From Acutalibacteraceae bacterium (GTDB lineage: Bacteria; Bacillota; Clostridia; Oscillospirales; CAG-272): a stretch of DNA of 64,000 bases. The notes beneath the pieces were generated by a model. The model was given only the letters and a program-made list of their open reading frames with translations. It did no database searches and was not told where the DNA came from. A program made the position numbers and the translations under genes. The DNA lies in contig CAVESF010000001.1 in NCBI GenBank assembly GCA_963618495.1, positions 40,998 through 104,997 of the forward strand, read 5' to 3'. Positions 16,473 to 26,411 of the stretch are shown piece by piece. Position 1 is the first letter of the stretch. Every line of letters begins with the position of its first letter.

Positions 16473-18896
16473 TTATTCAACAGGCTTTATGTGCCAGATA
16501 TTCTCCGCGTATTCCTTTATACTGCGGTCGGAGGCAAAATAACCCGCTCCCGCGATATTCTTAAGCGACTTCACAGTCCAGCCCTTTCTGTCCGCATAGT
16601 CGGATACGGCACCGGAATATGTGTTGAAATACGAGTCGAAATCGGCAAGGCACATATACGGGTCGGAAACATTCGGCGAAGAAATGAAGTAATTCACTAT
16701 TCCCGAAAAATCGTTTCCGTTGAAGCCGCGTGAAATCATATCCATGACGCGGCGGATTCTTTCGCTTGTGCGATAGTAATCGATAGAGGAATATCCTCTG
16801 CGCCAGAGTTCATCGACATCGCTCGCCGTGAGACCGAAAATATAGATATTATCCTTGCCTACGGCATCCGCCATCTCGACATTTGCGCCGTCGAGCGTGC
16901 CTACGGTGAGCGCACCGTTTATCATGAATTTCATGCATCCCGTGCCGCTCGCTTCCTTGCCCGCGAGAGAAATCTGCTCGCTGATATCAGTCGCCGGCAT
17001 GAGTATTTCCGCCATGCTGACATTGTAGTCCTCGAGAAATACGACTCTTATCTTTTCTCTTATAACGGGGTCTTTCTCTATCTCCTCTCCTATGCTCCAG
17101 ATGAGCTTGATTATATCCTTGGCAAAGTAATAGCCCGGAGCCGCCTTGCCCGCAAAGAAGAATGTCTGCGCGGGGATATCAAGCTTCGGATTTTCGCGGA
17201 GAAGCGCATAGTATTCTATGACTTTCATCGCGTTGAGAAGCTGACGTTTGTATTCGTGAATGCGTTTTGCCTGAACATCGAAGATAGAATGCGTATCTAT
17301 CTTTCTGCCGGTCTTTTTGAAATATTCCTCGGCGAAGCGCTCCTTATTGCGATGCTTGATATCGCGCAGGCGGGAAAGTACCGCCGCGTCATCCGCATAT
17401 CTGCCGAAAGCGGCGATGGACTGCGGGTCCTTGCGGTAGCCTGTTCCTATCATCTCGTCAAGCAACTCCGCAAGTGCGGGATTGGAATAGCAAAGCCAGC
17501 GACGGTGAGCGATACCGTTTGTCACATTTGTGAATTTATCGGGGTCAGCTTTGTAGAATTCATGGAAAACGGTCTGCTTGAGTATCTCGGAATGAAGCTT
17601 CGATACGCCGTTTACCGTATGCGAGCCGACGACGCTGAGATTTGCCATTCTCACCTGACCGGACGCCACTATCGACATGCGTGAGATCCTGTCCCAGTCG
17701 CCGGGATAGAGATTCCAGAGATTTTCGCAGTATCTGCGGTTTATCTCGGCTACTATCATATAGATTCTCGGCAGGCGGAGACGGAAAAGATCTTCATTCC
17801 AGCATTCAAGCGCCTCGGGAAGCACCGTGTGATTTGTATACGAAACCGTCTTTGTGACGACATCCCATGCTCTCTCCCATGAGAAAGAATAGGTATCCAT
17901 GAAGATGCGCATAAGCTCGGGTATGCAGAGCGCGGGATGCGTATCGTTGATATGGATAGCCGTTTTCTCGGCGAAATTGTCAAGCGTGCCGTAAACGGCA
18001 AGGTTGTCTGCGATGATATTCTGAAGCGAAGCGGAAACAAGGAAATACTGCTGGCTCAGACGCAGGATTTTGCCCTCCATATGGTCATCGGAGGGATAGA
18101 GCACCTTTGTCAGCGTTTCCGCATTCGTATTCTGCTCCACAGCCTGCATATACTGCCCCTGCGTGAAGAGTTTCATATTGAAATTGGTGATATCGTGCGC
18201 GCGCCAGAGGCGGAGATTGTTTACAGCCTTGCTGTCGCTTCCCGAAATCATCATATCATAAGGAACAGCCTGCACCTCGTCATAGTCCACATGGGTTATC
18301 GTGCAGTGACCCTCGTTCCAGTTTTCGATTATTTTGCCGCCGAAGCGCACGGAAAATGTCTTGTCTGTTCTCGGCACAAGCCATCCGTCGCCGCCCGGCA
18401 TCCATATATCGGGCATCTCAACCTGATTTCCGTCGATTATCTTCTGCTTGAAAAGCCCGTATTCATAGCAGAGCGAAAATCCCGTCGCGGGATAGTCAAG
18501 CGTAGCCAGCGAATCCATGAAGCAGGCGGCAAGTCTGCCCAGTCCTCCGTTTCCGAGACCCGGATCCGGCTCCATCTCATAAAATTCATTGAGGTCGTAG
18601 CCCATATCCGAAAGTGCCTCGGCGTATGCGGAAGTAAGCCCGAGATTGCCGAGATTGTTTTTGAGGCTTCTGCCTATCAGAAACTCCATGCAGAGATAGT
18701 AAACTCTCTTTGCCTGCTGCTTCTTCATATCGTGGCGGTAAGCCGAGCGCTTGTTTGTCAGTATGTCCTTGACAGTGAGTATGACTGCCTTATAGACCTG
18801 CGCTTTCGTAGCCTCGTCGGCTCCGACGCCGAAATAGCGCGAAAGCTTGCTGTCCAGCGCCTCTCTTACATCTGTTTTTTCGATTGTGTTTACCAT
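16473..18896 (-). CDS. glgP: glycogen/maltodextrin phosphorylase
   Basis: PLP-site motif EASGTGCMKFMINGA. 807 aa. Confidence 0.92.
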   Translation of the reverse strand: MVNTIEKTDVREALDSKLSRYFGVGADEATKAQVYKAVILTVKDILTNKRSAYRHDMKKQQAKRVYYLCMEFLIGRSLKNNLGNLGLTSAYAEALSDMGYDLNEFYEMEPDPGLGNGGLGRLAACFMDSLATLDYPATGFSLCYEYGLFKQKIIDGNQVEMPDIWMPGGDGWLVPRTDKTFSVRFGGKIIENWNEGHCTITHVDYDEVQAVPYDMMISGSDSKAVNNLRLWRAHDITNFNMKLFTQGQYMQAVEQNTNAETLTKVLYPSDDHMEGKILRLSQQYFLVSASLQNIIADNLAVYGTLDNFAEKTAIHINDTHPALCIPELMRIFMDTYSFSWERAWDVVTKTVSYTNHTVLPEALECWNEDLFRLRLPRIYMIVAEINRRYCENLWNLYPGDWDRISRMSIVASGQVRMANLSVVGSHTVNGVSKLHSEILKQTVFHEFYKADPDKFTNVTNGIAHRRWLCYSNPALAELLDEMIGTGYRKDPQSIAAFGRYADDAAVLSRLRDIKHRNKERFAEEYFKKTGRKIDTHSIFDVQAKRIHEYKRQLLNAMKVIEYYALLRENPKLDIPAQTFFFAGKAAPGYYFAKDIIKLIWSIGEEIEKDPVIREKIRVVFLEDYNVSMAEILMPATDISEQISLAGKEASGTGCMKFMINGALTVGTLDGANVEMADAVGKDNIYIFGLTASDVDELWRRGYSSIDYYRTSERIRRVMDMISRGFNGNDFSGIVNYFISSPNVSDPYMCLADFDSYFNTYSGAVSDYADRKGWTVKSLKNIAGAGYFASDRSIKEYAENIWHIKPVE

Positions 18897-18946
18897 TTAC
18901 GGTGTTTTCCCCCTGAGTTAAATGTTTTTTGCTTTTTTATTTTCAA

Positions 18947-20380
18947 TTAGTTTTCCGGAGAAAGCGAGAGAAAAAGCTCCGCATATTTTTCCGCCGAAAC
19001 ATTCCATGAAAAATCTACTTTCATTACCTTTTTCACAAGCGCAGTCCACTTCTCCTTATCGCGATAGAGAGCTATCGCCTGGTCTATCACGCTGAGCATA
19101 TCGCGCGCATTGTATGCGGCAAAGGTAAAGCCGTTGCCATGGCCCTCATAATAGGGCTTTATCGTGTCATAGAGACCTCCCGCCTCGCGCACTATCGGCA
19201 CGGTGCCGTAGCGCGAAGCTATCATCTGCGCAAGCCCGCAGGGCTCGCTTCTTGAAGGCATGAGGAACATATCCGCGCCGGCATAGACAAGCTTGGAGCG
19301 CTTCCTGTTGTACTCTATCTTCACGCCTGCCTTGCCGCCGCTTCTCGCCGCATATTCGCGGAAGAAGCATTCGGTATCATAGTCGCCCGTGCCGAGCAGA
19401 ACAAACTGCATATCGCGTGAGAGCAGTTCATATGCCACCTCGCGCACGAGGTCAAAGCCCTTGTGGTCAACAAGGCGCGAAACCATTGCTATCACAGGCA
19501 CATCGGGACGAACGGGAAGTCCGTATTCCTCCTGGAGTGCCGCCTTGTTCTTCCCTTTTCCCGCGAGTCCACGGTAGGAATAATTGAATTTCAAGTCCTT
19601 ATCCGTTTTCGGATTGTAGAAGTCCGTATCTATGCCGTTTACTATGCCGCTGAGCTTGAAGCTGTGCTCGCGCAGGATATCGTGAAGTCCATGCGCAAAG
19701 AACGGCGTCTGGATTTCCTCGGCATATTTCGGGCTGACAGTGGTAACGGCATCGGCGCAGAGTATCGCGCCCTTGGTAAGGTTCACAGCACCGTCAAATT
19801 CCACTGTAGAAGCGTCCATCTCATCGAGTCCGAAAAGGTCTCCCATCGTTTCCCTGCCGTATACGCCCTGATATTCGATATTGTGAATGGTATATACGGC
19901 TTTCACGCCGGAATACCCGGGACTCATGCCGTTTCTGCGCTTGAGCAGAATGACGGAGAGCGCCGTCTGCCAGTCGTTTGCGCTGTAGACATCGGGAAAG
20001 AAGTCCACCATTCCCATGAGCGCGAGTATCGCGTTTGAGAAGAAAGCAAATCTCTCGCCGTCGTCAAAAAAGCCGTAAAGCGCATCGCGCTTGAAATAGT
20101 ATTCGTTATCTATGAAATAATATTTCACGCCGCCTCGTTCGAGCGAAAATATTCCGCAGTACTGCTGACGCCACGAAACGGCGACGGTAGTCCAGCATTC
20201 GAATTTCATCCCGGCGCGGTATTCATCGCTTATCTTTGAATAAAGCGGAATCACGGCGCGTATATCCCAGTCGGGATGAGCAACTTTCAGCGCCGGCGGA
20301 AGCGAACCCATGACATCTCCGAGTCCGCCCGTCGCCGCAAAAGGCATAGCCTCCGCTCCCGCGAAAAGTATCTTCTTCAT
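18947..20380 (-). CDS. glgA: glycogen synthase (ADP-glucose type)
   Basis: N-terminal AEAMPFAATGGLGDV motif. 477 aa. Confidence 0.92.
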   Translation of the reverse strand: MKKILFAGAEAMPFAATGGLGDVMGSLPPALKVAHPDWDIRAVIPLYSKISDEYRAGMKFECWTTVAVSWRQQYCGIFSLERGGVKYYFIDNEYYFKRDALYGFFDDGERFAFFSNAILALMGMVDFFPDVYSANDWQTALSVILLKRRNGMSPGYSGVKAVYTIHNIEYQGVYGRETMGDLFGLDEMDASTVEFDGAVNLTKGAILCADAVTTVSPKYAEEIQTPFFAHGLHDILREHSFKLSGIVNGIDTDFYNPKTDKDLKFNYSYRGLAGKGKNKAALQEEYGLPVRPDVPVIAMVSRLVDHKGFDLVREVAYELLSRDMQFVLLGTGDYDTECFFREYAARSGGKAGVKIEYNRKRSKLVYAGADMFLMPSRSEPCGLAQMIASRYGTVPIVREAGGLYDTIKPYYEGHGNGFTFAAYNARDMLSVIDQAIALYRDKEKWTALVKKVMKVDFSWNVSAEKYAELFLSLSPEN

Positions 20381-20394
20381 ATAAATTTCCCCCG

Positions 20395-21528
20395 TTAAAC
20401 CATTCTGCCCTTTTCTATATAGAAAGGCAGCGTCTCATGACCCGAGAGCGTCACCCCGTCGCGGATTACGACATTCTTGTCGGCTACGATATAGCCGAGC
20501 GTAACATTCTCGCCCGTGAATACATCCTGAAAGAGGATGGAATTTTTGACCACGGCGTTTTTACCTATCTTCACTCCGCGGAAAAGAATGCTGTTTTCCA
20601 CCGTGCCGTAAATGCGGCAGCCGTCGGCAATGAGCGAATCCTTGACCTTGGCATCGGGACCGTAGTATGTCGGAGCGGAGTTGCGCACCTTTGTATATAT
20701 CGGTCGGCTCTCTATCTCGAAAAGCTCGCGGTATCCCTCTTCATTGGAAATAAGCTCCATATTGTGACGGAAATAATCGCTCATTGAAGATATGCAGGAG
20801 AAGTATCCGTCAAATTTATATACCCTGTAGTTGCGATGCTTGAGATTGCGCAGGAAAACATCGCGCGTCATGCTGACATAGTTATGCGCTATCGCGTCCA
20901 TGACTATCTCCTTGAGATAAGCCGCAGACATGACGAGGATATTCAGATTTATATCGGCTTCTCCCTCGAAATTCGTAGGATAAGCCTCCATATCCGTTAT
21001 TCTTCCCGCATTGTCGTATTTGACTATGACATTCGCCTTCGCTTTCTCTTTTGTGAGGTGCATACGCTGAACAGCCATGGTGATATCCGCGCCGCTTGCC
21101 ACATGGTCGGCTATCATGGCGCCGAGGTCTATATTGCATATCACATCGCAATCGGAGAGCGCAACATAATCGGCATTTATATTCGATATGCTGTAGTTTA
21201 CGCTCTTTAGCGCTTCAAGGCGCGTATTGTAGAGCGAATTTACATTGTTGGCATAAGCCGTGATATACGGCGGAAGAATCTTCACACCGCCGCTTCTGCG
21301 CGCCAGGTCCCAGTCCTTGCCGCTTCCGACATGGTCCATGAGCGACTGGTAATTATAATGGGTGATGATGCTGATATTGTTTATATCGGAATTCACCATA
21401 TTCGAAAGGGCAAAATCCACAAGACGGTATCTGCATCCGAAAGGAATCGATGCAAGAGTACGGTATCTCGTAAGCTCCGGAATATTGCTGTCATGTATAT
21501 TTGAAAAAATTAAACCCGCTGTTTTCAT
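20395..21528 (-). CDS. glgD: glucose-1-phosphate adenylyltransferase, GlgD subunit
   Basis: Homologous in layout to GlgC (nucleotidyltransferase plus LbH domains) but lacks the GGxGxRL loop. Lies between glgC and glgA as in other Firmicutes. Confidence 0.85.
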   Translation of the reverse strand: MKTAGLIFSNIHDSNIPELTRYRTLASIPFGCRYRLVDFALSNMVNSDINNISIITHYNYQSLMDHVGSGKDWDLARRSGGVKILPPYITAYANNVNSLYNTRLEALKSVNYSISNINADYVALSDCDVICNIDLGAMIADHVASGADITMAVQRMHLTKEKAKANVIVKYDNAGRITDMEAYPTNFEGEADINLNILVMSAAYLKEIVMDAIAHNYVSMTRDVFLRNLKHRNYRVYKFDGYFSCISSMSDYFRHNMELISNEEGYRELFEIESRPIYTKVRNSAPTYYGPDAKVKDSLIADGCRIYGTVENSILFRGVKIGKNAVVKNSILFQDVFTGENVTLGYIVADKNVVIRDGVTLSGHETLPFYIEKGRMV

Positions 21529-21547
21529 GCTCTTATCCTCCCCGCTT

Positions 21548-22750
21548 TCAGTTTATGTAGTCGCCCGCATTGGCGTCATCTATCATTTCGCCGCGTTCTA
21601 TCACGGCATCCGGCTTTATATTCAGCTCCTCGGCGATAACGGTTATTCCGTCGCTTCCGTTGTCTGCGCCGATATGCGCGCCCTCGCCTATCACGCTGTT
21701 TTGGTCAACTATGGAATATTCGACGACTGCACCGCTGCAAATATGAGCGCCGCGCATGATTACGCTGTTTATTACGGTAGCACCCTCTTCAACGATAACA
21801 CCCTCGGAGAGCACGGAACCTTTTACCGTGCCTCGTATCCTGCATCCCTCGGTGATCATCGAATTTTCAACTACAGAGCCCGCATAGAGCTTCTGAGGCG
21901 GCTCTGCGCTGTGGCGGTAGAAAATGCGCCATGACCTGTCATAGAGGTCGAAAGCGGGACTATCGCCGAGAAGATCCATATTCGCCTCCCAGAGGCTCTT
22001 TATCGTGCCGACATCCTTCCAGTAACCCTCGAAAAGGTAAGCGCACATCTTCTTGCCGTCGCCGAGCATTTTCGGAATGATATTCTTGCCGAAATCGTTT
22101 GACGATTTCTCGTCGGCGTCGTCCTCGGTAAGATATTTCTTCAGCACATCGGCTTTGAAAATGTAAATGCCCATGGAAGCCTTGTTGCTTTTCGGATTTT
22201 TCGGCTTCTCCTCAAATTCGTATATCGTTCCGTCCGGATTCGTATTGAGAATGCCGAAGCGGCTCGCCTGCTCCATCGGAACCTCAAGCACGGCTATCGT
22301 GCAGTCGGCATTCGTCGCCTTGTGAGCGGCGAGCATCTTGCTGTAGTTCATCTTGTAGATATGGTCGCCCGAAAGCACGAGAACATAGTCCGCATCGTAT
22401 CTCTCGATGAAATTCAGATTCTGATATATGGCATTTGCCGTACCCTTATACCAGTCGGAGGATTTTTTGCCCTGATACGGCGGAAGCACCATAACGCCGC
22501 CGCGCGTGCGGTCGAGATCCCACGGCTGTCCGTTGCCGATGTATTCATTGAGTACGAGGGGCTGATACTGCGTCAGTACGCCGACGGTATCTATCCCCGA
22601 GTTCACGCAGTTTGACATGGGAAAGTCAATGATTCTGTATTTGCCGCCGAATGGTACGGCAGGTTTTGCCGTTTTCTCGGTAAGCGCGTAGAGACGGCTT
22701 CCCTGTCCTCCCGCGAGCAGCATTGCCACGCATTCTTTTTTTCTGTACAT
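21548..22750 (-). CDS. glgC: glucose-1-phosphate adenylyltransferase
   Basis: [13 protein letters not shown] motif and a C-terminal left-handed beta-helix. Confidence 0.92.
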   Translation of the reverse strand: MYRKKECVAMLLAGGQGSRLYALTEKTAKPAVPFGGKYRIIDFPMSNCVNSGIDTVGVLTQYQPLVLNEYIGNGQPWDLDRTRGGVMVLPPYQGKKSSDWYKGTANAIYQNLNFIERYDADYVLVLSGDHIYKMNYSKMLAAHKATNADCTIAVLEVPMEQASRFGILNTNPDGTIYEFEEKPKNPKSNKASMGIYIFKADVLKKYLTEDDADEKSSNDFGKNIIPKMLGDGKKMCAYLFEGYWKDVGTIKSLWEANMDLLGDSPAFDLYDRSWRIFYRHSAEPPQKLYAGSVVENSMITEGCRIRGTVKGSVLSEGVIVEEGATVINSVIMRGAHICSGAVVEYSIVDQNSVIGEGAHIGADNGSDGITVIAEELNIKPDAVIERGEMIDDANAGDYIN

Positions 22751-22799
22751 AGAAAGAGTCCTCCTTAAAATATATTTTTATGTTTTCAAAAAATCAAAG

Positions 22800-24731
22800 T
22801 CATTTTTTCTTTGCCGGAGATTTGCTTTTCAGTATCAGAGCACCGTAGCTCGGAATTTTCATTTTTATCAGCTGTTCTGTCCTGTCGCCTATTTTTTTGC
22901 CGTATGCGCGGTAGGTCGTGCCATCGCCTGCCTTGCCGCTCCCGCCGTACTTTTTGTCGTCGGAGGAAAATATAACCTCATATTCGCCGCGGCGCTTCAC
23001 GCGCATCTCGTAATCCCACTCCACGGGAGCGAAATTGAGAACGACATAAACGCCTCTGCCGCGCGTATCGATTCTCCTGTAGGAGATGAGGTTCATCGCG
23101 GCAAGGTCGGCATCTGTCCATTCAAAGCCGTCCCACGAATCGTCTATTTCATAGAGTGCGGGAGTGGAAAGATAGAATTTATTGAGCGCGCGGATATACT
23201 CATGCATTGCATGGTGAGCCGGATATTTCAGCATGAACCATTCGAGTTCGTTTTCATAGTCCCATTCGCGGAAAGGACCGTATTCCGTGCCCATGAAAAG
23301 CATCTTCTTGCCTGGGAGCGTCATCATATAAGCCGTGAAAACGCGCATCGCACGGAACTTGTCCTCATATTCGCCGAACATCTTGTCGAGCAGGGATTTC
23401 TTCCCGTGAACAACCTCGTCGTGCGAAACGGGAAGTATATAATTTTCAGAGAAAGCATACATCATCGGAAAAGTAAGCTTATTATGTATTCCCGAGCGGA
23501 AATAGGGGTCGGTCTGCATATATTCGAACATATCGTTTGCCCAGCCCATATTCCATTTGAAATTGAAGCCCAGACCTCCGACATCCGCAGGCTTTGTTAT
23601 CATCGGCCATGCCGTCGATTCCTCGGCTATCATCAGCGCCGCGGGAAATTCCGCGAAAACCGCCGTATTTAGCTTTTTGAAGAAAGCTATCGCCTCAAGG
23701 CATTCGTTGCCGCCGTGTTCATTCGGTATCCATTCGCCGGGCTTGCGGTCATAGTCGAGATAAAGCATTGATGCAACTGCGTCTATGCGCAGTCCGTCGA
23801 TATGATATTTTCTCATCCAGAAGAGCGCATTGGAAACGAGGAACGACTGCACCTCTGGTCTGCCGACATCGAAGCATCTCGTTCCCCATGTTTTCTGCTC
23901 GAAGCGGTCGTTTCCCTGATATTCGTAGAGCCGCGTGCCGTCGAAATCCGAGAGTCCATGCTCGTCCTTCGGAAAATGCGCGGGAACCCAGTCCATGATG
24001 ACGCCTATGCCGCTTTCGTGCATTCTGTCGACAAAATACATGAAATCCTGCGGCGTGCCGAAGCGCGAGGTCGGCGCGTAATATCCGCAGATCTGGTAGC
24101 CCCACGAGCCGTCATAGGGATGCTCGGCTATCGGCATCAGCTCAACATGGGTATAACCCATATCGGTAAGATACGGAGCAAGCTCGTCCGCTATCTCGCG
24201 GTAATTCAGGTATGCGTCGCCATCGACATTCGTCCTGCCGTCGCGCGTTTTCCATGAGCCTGCATGAAGTTCATATATATTCATCGGCGCAGGATAAAAA
24301 TGCCCTTTTTCCTCGCCTTTTTTCAGAATGTCGCCGCGCTTTGCCATATAGGCGCCGTCGCCCCATTCGTAACCGCCGATATCGCAGAGTATTGAGGCGC
24401 TCTTTGCAAGCGTTTCACTGTGGAGGCAATAGGGATCCGCTTTCATGCGGAGCCTGCCGTCCGCCCCCGTAACGGCATATTTGTATTTGTTTCCATCGAG
24501 TCTGTAGAGTCGCTTTATCTCGCAGTGCCAGATGCCGTTTTCCTCATCTTTCTCCATCGGGTTTTCGCTTTTGCTCCACGAGTTGAAGTCGCCGACGAGG
24601 CAAACGCTTTTTGCATTCGGCGCCCAAAGGCGGAAGGTATATGTATATTCCCCGCCGCGCTCGGTCATATGCGCTCCGAGGTAATCATACGCGTAAAAAT
24701 TCACGCCTCCGCGGAAAAGTACGGGTGCCAT
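22800..24731 (-). CDS. glgB: 1,4-alpha-glucan branching enzyme
   Basis: DWVPAHF, GLRIDAVASM and EESTAWP are GH13_9 motifs. I place the start at ATG 24731 (MAPVLFRGG...). The ORF-track start (TTG 24839) lies inside the predicted -35 box. The RBS at 24731 is weak, so the start is uncertain. Confidence 0.88.
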   Translation of the reverse strand: MAPVLFRGGVNFYAYDYLGAHMTERGGEYTYTFRLWAPNAKSVCLVGDFNSWSKSENPMEKDEENGIWHCEIKRLYRLDGNKYKYAVTGADGRLRMKADPYCLHSETLAKSASILCDIGGYEWGDGAYMAKRGDILKKGEEKGHFYPAPMNIYELHAGSWKTRDGRTNVDGDAYLNYREIADELAPYLTDMGYTHVELMPIAEHPYDGSWGYQICGYYAPTSRFGTPQDFMYFVDRMHESGIGVIMDWVPAHFPKDEHGLSDFDGTRLYEYQGNDRFEQKTWGTRCFDVGRPEVQSFLVSNALFWMRKYHIDGLRIDAVASMLYLDYDRKPGEWIPNEHGGNECLEAIAFFKKLNTAVFAEFPAALMIAEESTAWPMITKPADVGGLGFNFKWNMGWANDMFEYMQTDPYFRSGIHNKLTFPMMYAFSENYILPVSHDEVVHGKKSLLDKMFGEYEDKFRAMRVFTAYMMTLPGKKMLFMGTEYGPFREWDYENELEWFMLKYPAHHAMHEYIRALNKFYLSTPALYEIDDSWDGFEWTDADLAAMNLISYRRIDTRGRGVYVVLNFAPVEWDYEMRVKRRGEYEVIFSSDDKKYGGSGKAGDGTTYRAYGKKIGDRTEQLIKMKIPSYGALILKSKSPAKKK

Positions 24732-24810
24732 ATCCGTGTTTTTTTGCAAACGATTCACTGCCCTTCGATTTTTTGTGATTTTTCCCAAAATAATTTTGTT
24801 ATTCATGTTT

Positions 24811-24839
24811 ATTATATACTTAAAACGCTCATTTTTCAA
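24811..24839 (-). promoter_or_regulatory. sigma-A type promoter for the glg array
   Basis: On the minus strand: TTGAAA (24839-24834), 17 nt spacer, TATAAT (24816-24811). Confidence 0.5.
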
Positions 24840-24883
24840 GCGTTTTTCAGTGTTTTTTGAAAATTCTACCTAATAATCAAAGA

Positions 24884-24968
24884 GCGAAGCTCCGCTTGTG
24901 CAAAAGTGACAATCTGTTGTGAATTTTATACCAAACAGAACATACTTTTTTGCACATCGTAGCTTCGC
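24884..24968. terminator. 85-nt three-tier imperfect hairpin between the ABC operon and the glgB promoter (probable operon terminator/insulator)
   Basis: GCGAAGCT (24884-24891) pairs with AGCTTCGC (24961-24968). TGTGCAAAA (24897-24905) pairs with TTTTGCACA (24948-24956). An inner TCTGTT/AACAGA stem is also present. The minus-strand tail is TCTTTGATTATT. Confidence 0.4.
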
Positions 24969-24990
24969 CGCCATGCGTCAATATTAATGT

Positions 24991-25596
24991 TTACATTTTT
25001 TCGCAAAGCACACCTTCCGAAAGGACAAGCGTCCTTTCGGCAAGCCTTGCCGCTTCTTTTTCGCTATGGGTTATCATCAGCACCGTTTTTTCGCGCAGTG
25101 CTTCCCCGAGATAAGCCATGACCTCTTCGCGCATCTGCGCGTCAAGCCCGCGAAACGGCTCGTCAAGCAGGAAGATCGGCGCGTCATACGCTATCGCGCG
25201 GGCAAGCGAAACGCGCTGCGCCATGCCTGTGGAAAGCTCGCGCGGATATGCATGAAAATCCGTCATCCCGAGAGCCGTGAGTAACTCTTTTGCCCGCTTT
25301 TCGTTTCCCTTTGCGTCGCCGCGCGGAAAAACGAGAGTCACATTTCCGAGTGCGTCCGCATTTTCGAAAAGGCGCGGCTCGGCAAAGCAATATGATATCC
25401 TGCCGTCCCGCGGCTCGCACGAAACCGTGCCGGAGTCGGGCGCTTCTATCCCCGCAATTATGCGGAAAAGCGTGGTTTTGCCGCAGCCGGATTCGCCCAT
25501 TATCGCTATTTTTTCCCCATCGCTCACGCGCAGAAAAACGCCGCGCAGAACGTTCTTTTCGCCGTAGCTTTTGCATATTCCGTCCAGCTTTATCAT
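24991..25596 (-). CDS. ABC transporter ATP-binding protein (NitT/TauT-type importer)
   Basis: Walker A GESGCGKTT, signature LSTGMAQRV and Walker B IFLLDEP. Start set at ATG 25596 (MIKLDGICKSYG), which overlaps the permease stop (ATGA). Confidence 0.85.
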   Translation of the reverse strand: MIKLDGICKSYGEKNVLRGVFLRVSDGEKIAIMGESGCGKTTLFRIIAGIEAPDSGTVSCEPRDGRISYCFAEPRLFENADALGNVTLVFPRGDAKGNEKRAKELLTALGMTDFHAYPRELSTGMAQRVSLARAIAYDAPIFLLDEPFRGLDAQMREEVMAYLGEALREKTVLMITHSEKEAARLAERTLVLSEGVLCEKM

Positions 25597-26390
25597 GCTC
25601 TCTCCCCCTTTTCGAAGCGCCCGAGAATCAGATTCACTATAAGCTTTTCTATCGCTATGCTGAGAATTATCACCGCCGCCGTCCATGCAAACATATCCTC
25701 GGATTCAAGATAGATTTTCGCATTGTAGAGCGCGGCGCCTATCGTGCCTTTCGGCGAGCAGATGACCTCGGCGGCGATTCCCGCTTTCCATGCCATGCCG
25801 ACAGCGCTTCTGCAAGCCGCCGCAAAATACGGCATTATGCTCGGCAGATAGCAGTATTTCCATTTTTTCACCGCGTCAAAGCGGTATATCCGCGCAACCT
25901 CGGATTTTTCGCGTGGCACGGAGGAAAATCCCTTTGTCACATTGGAATAAACTATCGGCATCACGATAAGCGATGTAGCTATCGGCGGCACCGCCGTTTT
26001 GTTCACGAGGAAAAGCAGGAGTATGATAAACGAAGCCACAGGCGTCGCCTTGACTACGGAAAGCATCGGCGAAGCGAGCGTTTTCACGGCAGGAATAAAA
26101 TGCGAGAGCACGGCGAGTACGCCGCCGAAAGCCATGCCGAAAAATATCCCCGCGAAAACAGAGCCGAGCGAACGCAGGCAGGTCAGCGCAAAATCCTTTG
26201 TGCCGGCAAGCGTGATAAGCCTTTTTGCCACAGCGTGCGGCATGGGGAGAATGACTGCCTTGCCCAGCGCCGCCGCCGCGATATACCATATTCCCATCCA
26301 GAAAGCGAAGCAAAGCAGGGCGCGTAAAATACGCGCCGTCGCTTTGCTTTTATTGCCTGTATTTGTCTTTTTAATTTTCGATGAGGTCAT
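25593..26390 (-). CDS. ABC transporter permease (NitT/TauT-type)
   Basis: Six-TM BPD-type permease adjacent to the ATPase and the SBP. Confidence 0.8.
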   Translation of the reverse strand: MTSSKIKKTNTGNKSKATARILRALLCFAFWMGIWYIAAAALGKAVILPMPHAVAKRLITLAGTKDFALTCLRSLGSVFAGIFFGMAFGGVLAVLSHFIPAVKTLASPMLSVVKATPVASFIILLLFLVNKTAVPPIATSLIVMPIVYSNVTKGFSSVPREKSEVARIYRFDAVKKWKYCYLPSIMPYFAAACRSAVGMAWKAGIAAEVICSPKGTIGAALYNAKIYLESEDMFAWTAAVIILSIAIEKLIVNLILGRFEKGERA

Positions 26391-26411
26391 GATGCCCTCC
26401 GTCAGAAAGTA

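Noticed and set aside
17937-18950. 337-aa ORF antisense to glgP. The same applies to 25290-26327, 41156-41998, 48021-48830, 50146-51135, 53120-54257 and 60552-61622.
   Set aside because: All lie opposite strongly supported genes: glgP, the ABC permease/ATPase, feoB, the ABC exporters, copA and rpsB. All have compositionally biased translations. I treat them as shadow ORFs.
24732-24839. N-terminal 36-aa extension of glgB in the ORF track. The same issue applies to the frr (4744-4785), rpsO (45945-46040), rpsB (61062-61091), GH31 (14161-14247) and ABC ATPase (25597-25686) extensions.
   Set aside because: The extensions start at non-ATG or SD-less codons, overlap promoters or upstream genes, and add residues absent from the conserved N-termini. 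Internal ATGs with good SDs were preferred, except for glgB, where the SD is weak.
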